DNA of 64,000 nucleotides from Clostridia bacterium (GTDB lineage Bacteria; Bacillota; Clostridia; TANB77; CAG-508): NCBI GenBank assembly GCA_045643205.1, contig JAZUKI010000010.1, positions 77,482 to 141,481 of the forward strand, read 5' to 3'. Shown piece by piece: positions 8,510 to 17,345 of this stretch (position 1 is its first letter; each line of letters starts with the position of its first letter). The notes under the pieces were generated by a model. It saw only the letters and a program-made list of their open reading frames with translations, ran no database searches and was not told where the DNA came from. The position numbers and the translations under genes were made by a program.

Positions 8510-9295
8510 CTATTTAATTTCTGTTCCGCCCCATTCTACAACAACAAATCCTGTTCTTTCTGGAGTTTCTAATTTTTGTTCAGGTACTTCAATATAATCA
8601 TCTAGTGGCTTAAATTGCATTAATACTCTAATTATTGTATCTGGTTCAGTAGAAAATTCTAATGGCATAATCTCATTTATTTCTCCTGGTGTAGCAAATC
8701 GTATATAGTTATATTTATTTTCTTGTAATTTAGGTAACCAATATACAATAAATTCTTCTGCTTCTCTTTCAGTAAGACCAAGTATTGTAAGTTTTTCTTC
8801 TAAAAATTGTATTGAATCTTCTCCTGATACAACGAATCCATCTTCAAAATTTTCTAATTCATTTTGTATTCCTTCCCAATATAAAGAATATAATTGCCTT
8901 CCTGTATTAGTATCAATTAAAGTTCCATCTGGATTAGCAATAACATTCCATCCATTTTTATAATCAGGATAAGAACAAGTTATATTTTCTGGTCTGCCTA
9001 AATTAACAGATAATTGTATAGTTGTTTCTGGATATAAATATATAATAGGCTTGGCAAGTCCTGATGGTACATTACCCCTTGCTGAAGGAATAGAAAATCC
9101 ACTACCATCATAATCTGATGGATAAGAATTTGTAGAATTCTCATTACAATCATTACATTCAGAATCTTTAGGATAAGGCAATATTGAAAATAAAAAAACA
9201 CCTATAACAAGTAATGCAACAACTATAATAGCAATAATAAAAAATTTTGAATTATTATTTTTTGATTGATTGTTTTCCATTTTAAACACCTCCAA
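8510..9295 (-). CDS. hypothetical membrane-anchored protein (single N-terminal TM, extracytoplasmic domain)
   Basis: 261-aa ORF. TM helix FFIIAIIVVALLVIGVFLFSIL. No recognisable catalytic motif. Confidence 0.6.
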   Translation of the reverse strand: MEVFKMENNQSKNNNSKFFIIAIIVVALLVIGVFLFSILPYPKDSECNDCNENSTNSYPSDYDGSGFSIPSARGNVPSGLAKPIIYLYPETTIQLSVNLGRPENITCSYPDYKNGWNVIANPDGTLIDTNTGRQLYSLYWEGIQNELENFEDGFVVSGEDSIQFLEEKLTILGLTEREAEEFIVYWLPKLQENKYNYIRFATPGEINEIMPLEFSTEPDTIIRVLMQFKPLDDYIEVPEQKLETPERTGFVVVEWGGTEIK

Positions 9296-9376
9296 AAATA
9301 TATTAGAATAAAATGTACTTTTTTAAATTAATTGTATAAATAAAACAAATTAATTTAATTTATTTTACGATTAAAT

Positions 9377-9811
9377 TTATAAATATTCAATTGCTTTTCT
9401 AGCTAATTCATCACATCTGTTATTTAATTCTACGTCAGAATGTCCTTTAACTTTAATAAAATTAATTTTATGATATTGTGATAAGTTATAAAGTGCTTGC
9501 CATAATTCTTGATTTTTTACTGGCTTTTTATCAGCAGTTTTCCAATTGTTTTTTACCCAATTGTAAATCCAACCTTTTTCAAATCCATTTACAGAATAAG
9601 CACTATCACTATATAAATCAACTTCACAAGGTCTATTTAGCATTTTTAAACCTTCGACTATAGCTGTTAATTCCATTTCATTATTAGTAGTTTCTTTTTT
9701 ACCACCATTAATTTCTTTTTTGATATCTTTAAATAATAAAACAGCAGCCCATCCGCCAGGACCTGGATTTCCAGAGCAGGCTCCGTCTGTATAAATAACA
9801 ACTTTGTCCAT
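9377..9811 (-). CDS. rnhA: ribonuclease HI
   Basis: IYTDGACSGNPGPGGWAAVL, TNNEMELTA, LYSDS, KVKGHSD...NNRCDELAR: the canonical RNase H fold motifs and catalytic D/E/D/D residues. Confidence 0.9.
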   Translation of the reverse strand: MDKVVIYTDGACSGNPGPGGWAAVLLFKDIKKEINGGKKETTNNEMELTAIVEGLKMLNRPCEVDLYSDSAYSVNGFEKGWIYNWVKNNWKTADKKPVKNQELWQALYNLSQYHKINFIKVKGHSDVELNNRCDELARKAIEYL

Positions 9812-9899
9812 GTAAACCTCCTAGGTTTGTAAATTTCTATGATTTTATGCTATTATAACAACAACAAAATTAAAAAACAAGAAGAAAGAGGAGCAATTA

Positions 9900-11069
9900 A
9901 TGGACAAAATATTAGGAATTATTGCAGAATTCAACCCTTTTCATAATGGCCATAAACATCTAATTGATCAGGCTAAAAGTATAGTTAATCCAGACTATAC
10001 TATTATTGCTATGTCTGGAAACTTTACACAAAGAGGGCAAGCATCAATTATCAATAAATTTGAAAAAACAAAAACAGTTTTAAATGCTGGTGCAAATTTA
10101 GTTATAGAAATACCTACAATTTATAGTATTTCAAGTGCTGAAAATTTTGCCGAGGGTGGAGTAAAGACTTTAATGCAAGCAAAAGTTACTCATTTAGCAT
10201 TTGGAATAGAAGATGATAATTTAGAAATAATTAAATTGATAGCGGATACTTTAGTAGAAGAAAAAGAAGAATATAAAGTAATCTTAAAACAGTATATGAA
10301 TGAAGGGTTATCTTTTGCTCAAAGTAGATGCAAAGCTTTAATCGATTATTTAAAAAACGATAAAGTAGAAGAGACAATAAATAAACCTAATAATATTTTA
10401 GCAATTGAATATTTAAAAGCTATTAAAAAATTGCATGCTAACTTTGAAATTGTTCCGGTTAAAAGAAACTCTGAATTCAATAGCAGTACAGATATAAGAA
10501 ATAAAATTTTTAACAATGAAGAATATGAATATGATGTTCCTAAAGAATCATACGAAACCTTAATGGAAAATAATGGAAATTACATAAGCTTAAAGAATTT
10601 TGAAAAAATAATAATATATAAGTTAAGAACAATGAATGAAGATTCCTTAAAAGAATTGGCAGATGTAGCAGAAGGATTAGATAATTTAATGGTAAAATAT
10701 GCCAAAGAAACAAATGAATTGGATAGCTTAATTAAAAATATAAAATCTAAAAGATATACACAAACTAGAATACAAAGAATTCTGCTATATGTTTTATTTG
10801 AAATAACAAAAGAAGATATGAAAATGTCAAAGGAAGGTATGCCATATGTTAGAGTTTTAGGAATGGATGCAAATGGTGAAAAATTGTTAAAGAATATTGA
10901 TTCAAATATTTTAATTACATCTGTTAAAAAATTCTATGATAGCTGCAATAATAGTAATTACAAAAGATTACTTGATTTAGATATTAAAGCAACTAACATT
11001 TATTCTTTGATGACTAATAGAAAATGTAACGCTGATTTGGATTATACAGAAGGATTAATTGTAAAATAA
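9900..11069 (+). CDS. tmcAL: tRNA(Met) cytidine acetate ligase (YlbM/UPF0348 family)
   Basis: N-terminal GIIAEFNPFHNGHKHLI nucleotidyltransferase-like signature and overall YlbM-like length and organisation. Confidence 0.75.
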   Translation: MDKILGIIAEFNPFHNGHKHLIDQAKSIVNPDYTIIAMSGNFTQRGQASIINKFEKTKTVLNAGANLVIEIPTIYSISSAENFAEGGVKTLMQAKVTHLAFGIEDDNLEIIKLIADTLVEEKEEYKVILKQYMNEGLSFAQSRCKALIDYLKNDKVEETINKPNNILAIEYLKAIKKLHANFEIVPVKRNSEFNSSTDIRNKIFNNEEYEYDVPKESYETLMENNGNYISLKNFEKIIIYKLRTMNEDSLKELADVAEGLDNLMVKYAKETNELDSLIKNIKSKRYTQTRIQRILLYVLFEITKEDMKMSKEGMPYVRVLGMDANGEKLLKNIDSNILITSVKKFYDSCNNSNYKRLLDLDIKATNIYSLMTNRKCNADLDYTEGLIVK

Positions 11070-11190
11070 TAACTAATAAATTAGACAGTGAAATAAAAGA
11101 GAAAGATAATAATAAACAAAATAGCAAATAAAATAATAACTTAAACTCAGTAATACCAGTTATTTCCAATATTACAATAATGTTAAGTTT

Positions 11191-11224
11191 AATTGAAAAG
11201 GGTGGAATAGTTTCAATTTTTTAT
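11191..11224 (+). terminator. rho-independent terminator after tmcAL
   Basis: Stem AATTGAAA, loop agggtggaatag, stem TTTCAATT, then TTTTT. Confidence 0.6.
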
Positions 11225-11255
11225 ATAAACTTATAGTGTATACTTAGGAGGAGAA

Positions 11256-11816
11256 ATGGAAGAAGAGAGTTTTGCTAGTTACATATTGTCTCAAACTGAT
11301 TGGGGTAAAAAATTAGAAATAATGTTTTATCTTAAAAAGAAAACAAATATTTATTATAATAATGCAGTTATTTTTAAAACATTAATAAGCAAAATGTTTA
11401 CTGAATATTTAAATGAAAAAAATCCTGATATGAATTTAGACACTAACCTTATTATAACTGCAAGATTATTATGTGATTGTTGCAAAAAAGAAGATTCGAC
11501 AGATCAAGATGAGATTCATAGCTATGCAAAAAAAGGTGCTGAATATTTAGCAACTCTTGGATTTGATGAGCGTTTTTGCCAAATATGTGAAGGAGTTAAT
11601 AGATATACTTTAAAAGATAATAGACCTATTGAAAGTGATATTATTGAACTTGCTGATCAATTTGGTGGATTAGTTTTAGACAGACCAGAAAGAAAAGGTT
11701 TTAGTCCTGAGGAAGCAATAGAAACTATAAAAAATAATAATTTAAAAGATGTTGACAATAGAGTACTAAATCAATTTTCTGAATTTGTTAAGCTTTTAGA
11801 TAGTATAGAAGCTTAA
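11256..11816 (+). CDS. hypothetical protein with a degenerate HD-domain-like pattern
   Basis: 186 aa, RBS aggaggagaaATG. LIITARLLCDCCKK...HSYAKKGAEYLATLGFDE resembles the HD-domain layout, but Cys stands where the HD histidine and aspartate normally sit. Confidence 0.5.
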   Translation: MEEESFASYILSQTDWGKKLEIMFYLKKKTNIYYNNAVIFKTLISKMFTEYLNEKNPDMNLDTNLIITARLLCDCCKKEDSTDQDEIHSYAKKGAEYLATLGFDERFCQICEGVNRYTLKDNRPIESDIIELADQFGGLVLDRPERKGFSPEEAIETIKNNNLKDVDNRVLNQFSEFVKLLDSIEA

Positions 11817-11826
11817 GGAGGTTATT

Positions 11827-12354
11827 ATGAGTATATTAAGTAAAAAGATTGAAGATTATAATGACTTGGTAAAAAAAGGAAAACAAGCTGATGTTTCTAA
11901 AGAGAGTGTAAAGAAAGCATTAGACACTCACAATGAATTAAAATCAGCATTAGCAGATCAAATTAAGAAAAAATCGAAGCCAAAAGTTTTTCAAGTACAA
12001 ATGCCAAACGAAGTTAAAAAGAATAAAGATAATAAAAGAATGCAAACACCTTATAGCATATTTAATTCAAGTACAGTAGTAGAAAATTTAGAAGATATAG
12101 GTGTTACTGCAGCTTCAATTAATAGAAAATCTACAGATGATAAAGAAATAGATTTTAAAAGTGGAAACAATGGTTTACATACTGTTAAATTAAAATTTGT
12201 TGATAATTCTAATTTATATCAAGTTGAAGAAGATAATGTTTTAAAATTAAATCCACTTCAAACTACTTTTTCAGAGAATGAATTAAATGAATATACTTTT
12301 CAAAATCCAATGTTAGATAATTATAGAAAAAGCTTTGGTAGTGAGAGTTTCTAA
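11827..12354 (+). CDS. hypothetical protein (175 aa)
   Basis: ORF with RBS aaggaggttattATG, immediately downstream of the previous gene. No recognisable motif. Confidence 0.55.
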   Translation: MSILSKKIEDYNDLVKKGKQADVSKESVKKALDTHNELKSALADQIKKKSKPKVFQVQMPNEVKKNKDNKRMQTPYSIFNSSTVVENLEDIGVTAASINRKSTDDKEIDFKSGNNGLHTVKLKFVDNSNLYQVEEDNVLKLNPLQTTFSENELNEYTFQNPMLDNYRKSFGSESF

Positions 12355-12444
12355 GTTAAACAAGAGCTAATTGAAAATAACTAAAAAATACTAAATACTA
12401 AAATTGAAAACAACTAAAAATTGAAAGCAAATAAAATTAATAAA

Positions 12445-12482
12445 GCAATTTAAAAATAAAAAAATTTTTGTTTTAAATTTGC
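12445..12482. repeat. 38-nt near-perfect AT-only palindrome (gcaatttaaaaataaaaaaatttttgttttaaatttgc)
   Basis: Direct reading; it lies in a 430-nt AT-rich intergenic region upstream of xerD. Confidence 0.5.
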
Positions 12483-12782
12483 TAAATTATAATTAGTGTT
12501 AATAAATTAAATTAGATTAAATTAAATGAAATAGGGAAGGCTACAACCTTCCTTATTTATATGCTTTTACAAAATTATATATAAAAAATAATGGAAAGAT
12601 ATAGTAATTATGGTTACTATTTTATGGTAAGTACGATTTCCAATATTCTCCAATCGCTTATAAAATAAGCAAAAGAGCACTTGCAAAATATCAAATATAT
12701 GATAAAATGACTTTGATTTTTTTTACATAATTTTATTACATAAGTTTTATCAATTAAATTTAACTTAATAAGGAGATATAAA

Positions 12783-13664
12783 ATGGACAAACAAATTAAA
12801 CTATTTTTAGAATTCTTAAAGAATGAAAAGCGATTATCTGAAAACACTTTACAATCTTATAATCGTGATATTCAACAATACAAATTATTCTTAGAAATGA
12901 ATAGATTAAATTATTTGAAAATCGAGAATGATGAATTACAAGAATATATTGATGGTTTAAAAGAGTTTGGAAAGAAACCTGCTACAGTATCAAGAAATTT
13001 AGCAACATTAAGATCATTCTATAATTTCCTTATGAGAACAAAGAAAATAAAAGATGATCCAACATTCAATGTACAAGCACCTAGAGTAGAAAAGAAAACA
13101 CCAAGTGTTTTAACATCTGATGAAGTTAATCTACTTCTTGAGCAACCAAAAGATGTTGATTTAAAAGGAACACGTGATAAAGCAATGCTTGAAGTTGCTT
13201 ATGCTACAGGAATGAAGGTAACTGAAATTATTGATTTAAATATTGAAGACTTCAAGGAAGAACAAGGAATCATTTCTATAAAGAGTAGAAAAAGTACAAG
13301 AGATATTCCATTAGGCGGAATGGCCATTGCAGCATTAAAAGAATATATTAGTGATGCTAGACCAATTTTATTAAAAGATGAAAACAACAGAGCATTATTT
13401 ATAAACATGAATGGTTCAAGATTAACAAGACAAGGTTTTTGGAAAATAGTAAAATACTATAAAGAGAAAGCTCATATTGAAAAAGATATTACACCACACG
13501 TTTTACGTCATTCATTTGCATCACATCTATTACAAAATGGTGCTGATATGAAGTCTATCCAAACAATGTTAGGACATTCAGATATTTCATCAACAAAAGT
13601 TTATGCTAGTTTTGAAAATGCAGAGATAAGAGATGTTTATAAACATACTTTCCCAAGAGCATAG
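12783..13664 (+). CDS. xerD: tyrosine site-specific recombinase, XerD-like
   Basis: 293 aa. N-terminal core-binding domain. C-terminal catalytic motifs TRDKAML, HVLRHSFASHLLQNGADMKSIQTMLGHSDISSTKVYA (R...HxxR...Y). XerD-like HxLRHSFA box. Confidence 0.8.
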   Translation: MDKQIKLFLEFLKNEKRLSENTLQSYNRDIQQYKLFLEMNRLNYLKIENDELQEYIDGLKEFGKKPATVSRNLATLRSFYNFLMRTKKIKDDPTFNVQAPRVEKKTPSVLTSDEVNLLLEQPKDVDLKGTRDKAMLEVAYATGMKVTEIIDLNIEDFKEEQGIISIKSRKSTRDIPLGGMAIAALKEYISDARPILLKDENNRALFINMNGSRLTRQGFWKIVKYYKEKAHIEKDITPHVLRHSFASHLLQNGADMKSIQTMLGHSDISSTKVYASFENAEIRDVYKHTFPRA

Positions 13665-13703
13665 TAATAGTAAAAGTAAATTATATTAAAAATAAATAGA
13701 ATA

Positions 13704-13770
13704 AAAAGTGGTTATTTGAAGTGGACTAAATATAGTTCACTTCAATTTTTATTAACCACTTTTTTCTTTT
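13704..13770 (+). terminator. long rho-independent terminator after xerD
   Basis: Stem AAAAGTGGTTA ... TAACCACTTTT enclosing an inner GAAGTG/CACTTC hairpin, followed by a T-tract. Confidence 0.7.
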
Positions 13771-13808
13771 AAGTAAGTGTCATTTCTATTGTTATTTAAA
13801 ATTTGTAA

Positions 13809-13817
13809 TGATATAAT
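13809..13817 (+). promoter_or_regulatory. extended -10 element TGaTATAAT giving a short (about 30-nt) leader for the ThrRS-like gene
   Basis: Direct reading. No room for a T-box leader (the ATG is at 13852). Confidence 0.45.
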
Positions 13818-13851
13818 TCCGTTGATTATCTATTTAATTGAAAGGATAAAA

Positions 13852-15075
13852 ATGAAATCAGCAGAAACCAATAAATTAGGTACAGAATTAGAACTTTTTA
13901 CTTCAGTTGATTATATAGGAAAAGGTTTTCCTATAATGCTTCCTAGAGGTGCACGTTTAATCAAAAATTTGCGTAACTACATTGAGTATTTGGAAGAAAG
14001 ATATGGATATAAAATAGTTAGAACACCTAATGTTTCTAATTCCATCATTTATAAGATGGAAGATAGATTTGATGATACTAACAAAGAAGAAATGTTCATA
14101 ATAGATAATGATCCTGAAAATCTTAGCGATGATGAAAATGACTTTGTGTTAAGACCTAGAATTGAGCCATTTCATTGTGCTGTTTTTGGCATAAAGAAAC
14201 ATAGTTACAGAGAGCTTCCAGTAAAATTATGTGAAACTTCTACTGTATATAGAAATGAAAAAGATTTAAAAGGATTAAACATAGTAAGACAATTCACAAT
14301 GTCTGATGCAAGTGTTTTTTGCGAACCAGAAAATGTAGAAAAAGAAATATACAATGGATTAAGATTTCAAAAAGCATTAATTGAAAAAATGCAATTAGAT
14401 AATATTACATATGAAATAAATACTTGGAATATTTCTAAAAAAGAAGACTACATTGGAACAATAGCAGAATGGGAAGATGTTACTAATGCAATGAAAAAGG
14501 CATTAGAAGATTTAGGATTACCATATACAGTAAACAATCAAGCAAAAATATACGGACCGATAATTAGAGTAAAACAAGATGGAATTAACTTTTCAAAAAT
14601 ACAAATTGATTTTGAAATCACCCATAGATTTGATTTGGCATATACCAATATTGATAATGAAGAAAAAACACCGATATATATTCATAATACATTAATTGGA
14701 AGTTACGAAAATTTATTAGGAATATTAATAAGCAAATATCATGGTAACATACCTCTTTGGATAGAACCACATCAAGTAGTTATTATTACAGATGGAGCAA
14801 ATGTTAAAGAGTTTGCAGAACAATCAAGAAGAGAATTTGTTGCTAATGGAATTAGAGTTGAAGTTGATGATGTAAATATAAGTGTTCAAAAAAGAATTGA
14901 TCATAACAATGAAATAAAAATTCCATATGTTTTAGTAGCTAAAAAAGACGGATTAAATAGAAATCAATTGTATTTATGCAGTGAAGGAAAACAAATACCA
15001 ATTGATGTTAAAGAATTAATAAACAAAATTAACGATAGATTAGCAGAAGAGGGATATGTAAGAGATACTGAATAA
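13852..15075 (+). CDS. ThrRS-like class IIa aminoacyl-tRNA-synthetase paralog: catalytic core plus anticodon-binding domain only
   Basis: Colinear with the E. coli ThrRS catalytic and anticodon-binding region: motif 2 SYRELPVKLCETSTVYRNE...GLNIVRQFTMSDASVF; motif 3 / HGPT-like domain IYIHNTLIGSYENLLGIL...PLWIEPHQVVII...IPYVLVAKKDG. The N1/N2 (TGS/editing) domains are absent. Aligned Zn ligands read C334->E and H385->S, with H511 kept. The annotated start 13777 adds 25 non-homologous residues; the ATG at 13852 has RBS aaaggataaaaATG. Confidence 0.75.
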   Translation: MKSAETNKLGTELELFTSVDYIGKGFPIMLPRGARLIKNLRNYIEYLEERYGYKIVRTPNVSNSIIYKMEDRFDDTNKEEMFIIDNDPENLSDDENDFVLRPRIEPFHCAVFGIKKHSYRELPVKLCETSTVYRNEKDLKGLNIVRQFTMSDASVFCEPENVEKEIYNGLRFQKALIEKMQLDNITYEINTWNISKKEDYIGTIAEWEDVTNAMKKALEDLGLPYTVNNQAKIYGPIIRVKQDGINFSKIQIDFEITHRFDLAYTNIDNEEKTPIYIHNTLIGSYENLLGILISKYHGNIPLWIEPHQVVIITDGANVKEFAEQSRREFVANGIRVEVDDVNISVQKRIDHNNEIKIPYVLVAKKDGLNRNQLYLCSEGKQIPIDVKELINKINDRLAEEGYVRDTE

Positions 15076-15094
15076 AAAACAGGAGGATAATAAA

Positions 15095-17281
15095 TTGCCT
15101 AAAACAATTTTAGAATACATTGGATTAAAATTAACCAGATTATCTACAAAGCTAAAAAGCGTAAAGCCAGACTATAAGCCATATAGCTCTGGAGATAATG
15201 TTGGAAAATATAAAGTATATAAGAAAGTAAATATTAAGAAACTACAAGTATTAATTAGTGATACTGATAGAACTACTGATATTACTGAAAGATTCAAAGA
15301 AGCTTTACCATTACAAGAATATATAAAAATGGATAAAGAAGCCTTTGAAAAATGGATCAATGGTGTAACACAAAAAGATATTAAGGAAATTGAAAAACAA
15401 CAAGAACTATTTGAAAAGAAAATTCCATATTTTGTAAAATATGATAAAAACTATTTATGGCAAATTTTCTATTCAAAAGAAGATGATAAATATTTTATGC
15501 TAGTTCCAGCCAAAGAAACTGAAAATCAAACATTAGCATATGTAATAAAGAAGAAATTGGAAGATGATAAAACTGATATATTCGTTCCAATTTGCAAAGA
15601 GGAAGTTAGCGATACTTATTATTCAGGAAAAGAAATCGAAGATATTATTACATATATAAAATTATTTACAAATCAATGGCCTGAAATAGTTGAGGTTCAA
15701 GAAGATAAAGAAAACACATTATATATAATGGGTGAAACAAAGCTTAGAGATAATTTTTCAACTAAGTATAGAACAGTGATAAAAAGTATAGATGAAGCTA
15801 AAAACTTTTATACAGTATTAAAGGCACTTTATGTTTTAGCAACAGAAACAAATTATCAATATAAGTTTGATCCAGGTATCGATGAAGAAGGAAACTTTAC
15901 ACTTTCTTATGATAAAAAAGTAATTAACATTAAGAATATTCAAGAATTTATTTCTAATGAAACAGGAAGACAACAAGGATTAAAATATTCATTAAAAAAT
16001 GAAATACAACAAAGCAAAGAAAAGATTAGTAAGATAAACGAAATTCTAAAAAAACAAAGTGAAGTATATGTAAAACAAGAAAAACAAATCTTTGAATTTA
16101 TGAATTGTAAGAAGAGTGTTATTAAAAGAGTTAAATATTTCTTTAGTAACAACAAAAAAGTTATAGCTGAAAATAAAAATTTACTTACAAGATTAAATGA
16201 AGAAAAAAATGTTTCAGTAAAAGAAATAAAAGAAAAAGAAATAAATGTAGATAAACAAGATTACTCAAAATTTGTTGATATATTTACAGTTGCAGATTTA
16301 GTAAAAAATTCAGTAGAAGTTAAGAAAATTTCAGCTGAAGCTAAAAATCTGGAAGCGGATGTCAAAGTTTTATTGTTAAAGCAAGAAAATATGACTAGAA
16401 AAACAGACAATGCTCAAAAATATCTTGATGAAATTCAAAAGCATAAGAGAAACTTATTTGATTTCTGGAGATTTACAAACAAAGATAATGCAAATGAATT
16501 AGCAGAAGGTCAAGCACAAGGTGAAAATATTAAACAACGTCCTATATTCAATTATGATGAAGATAAAGATGACCTTGGATTAGATGTCGATTCACTACAA
16601 AGACAAAAATTAAGTGATGAAGAATGCAATGCTGTATATTTAAGCAGATATATATTACCAGCTCTTAATGCGATTGTTACAAAGAGTGATACATATTTAA
16701 TTGATGAATGTTATGATTCATTAAAAGAAAATCTTAAAAATAGCGACCAACGCGAATCTATTTTCGGTGGTATGGGCGATGAAACAGATAACATTAAAAA
16801 AATAAAATTCAAACAACATAGAGAAAATTCTCGTGAATTGTATTCTATTTTAAAGTTTAATAATGATACAACATTAGAAGATTTCAAAGAAACTTGTAGA
16901 AATTATGGTAGATTACTAAATGAAGCATATAACAAAATTAGTTGCAAATATGATATGGAAATCTATTATGATAAGAGAAACAAAGGATTTATTAAAGCTA
17001 CAATTAATCCTTATGAATTAGTTGAAGATGAAGAGAATGAAAAGATTTATAAAGCAAAAATATCTGCTGAAAATCATATATTATTTTTCAGTAATATCAT
17101 AATGTATAACAATATTAGTAGAACATTACCTGTTGGAATGGATGAGACAAATGAAGTTTTACTAAAGGTTGGAGATATAAAGGAGATTAATAAGGATAAG
17201 ATTAATATAATTGTAGAAAAAGATTTGTTTAATGTAGACATAAGAAAAGTTACATTAATTGAAGAAGCAAAGAGACAATAA
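15095..17281 (+). CDS. hypothetical protein (728 aa), K/E-rich with predicted coiled-coil stretches, no recognisable domain
   Basis: Starts 19 nt after the ThrRS-like gene with RBS caggaggataataaattgcct... No P-loop, TM segment or catalytic motif recognised. Confidence 0.7.
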   Translation: MPKTILEYIGLKLTRLSTKLKSVKPDYKPYSSGDNVGKYKVYKKVNIKKLQVLISDTDRTTDITERFKEALPLQEYIKMDKEAFEKWINGVTQKDIKEIEKQQELFEKKIPYFVKYDKNYLWQIFYSKEDDKYFMLVPAKETENQTLAYVIKKKLEDDKTDIFVPICKEEVSDTYYSGKEIEDIITYIKLFTNQWPEIVEVQEDKENTLYIMGETKLRDNFSTKYRTVIKSIDEAKNFYTVLKALYVLATETNYQYKFDPGIDEEGNFTLSYDKKVINIKNIQEFISNETGRQQGLKYSLKNEIQQSKEKISKINEILKKQSEVYVKQEKQIFEFMNCKKSVIKRVKYFFSNNKKVIAENKNLLTRLNEEKNVSVKEIKEKEINVDKQDYSKFVDIFTVADLVKNSVEVKKISAEAKNLEADVKVLLLKQENMTRKTDNAQKYLDEIQKHKRNLFDFWRFTNKDNANELAEGQAQGENIKQRPIFNYDEDKDDLGLDVDSLQRQKLSDEECNAVYLSRYILPALNAIVTKSDTYLIDECYDSLKENLKNSDQRESIFGGMGDETDNIKKIKFKQHRENSRELYSILKFNNDTTLEDFKETCRNYGRLLNEAYNKISCKYDMEIYYDKRNKGFIKATINPYELVEDEENEKIYKAKISAENHILFFSNIIMYNNISRTLPVGMDETNEVLLKVGDIKEINKDKINIIVEKDLFNVDIRKVTLIEEAKRQ

Positions 17282-17345
17282 GTAAAAAATGTGTTATAAT
17301 ACTCGAAGCTTTATATAATAAGCAATCAAAAAGGAGAAATACCCA

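Noticed and set aside
3017-9295. Intact prophage or integrative element at the tRNA
   Set aside because: No integrase, excisionase, capsid, terminase or conjugation genes are present. No direct repeat of the tRNA 3' end was found by eye. rusA lies on the other side of the tRNA. This is better described as an accessory islet.
12360-12780. dif (Xer recombination) site next to xerD
   Set aside because: No 28-bp dif-like sequence with the conserved central region and XerC/XerD arms was recognisable. dif is not expected beside the xerD gene in any case.
13777-13851. Annotated ATG start at 13777 for the ThrRS-like gene (25 extra N-terminal residues MSFLLLFKICNDIIPLIIYLIERIK)
   Set aside because: It has no homology to aaRS proteins and overlaps the probable -10 element. 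The ATG at 13852 has a proper AAAGGA RBS. The same reasoning applies to the other extended starts in the track (19575, 20066, 32613, 43350, 45617, 47461, 52950).
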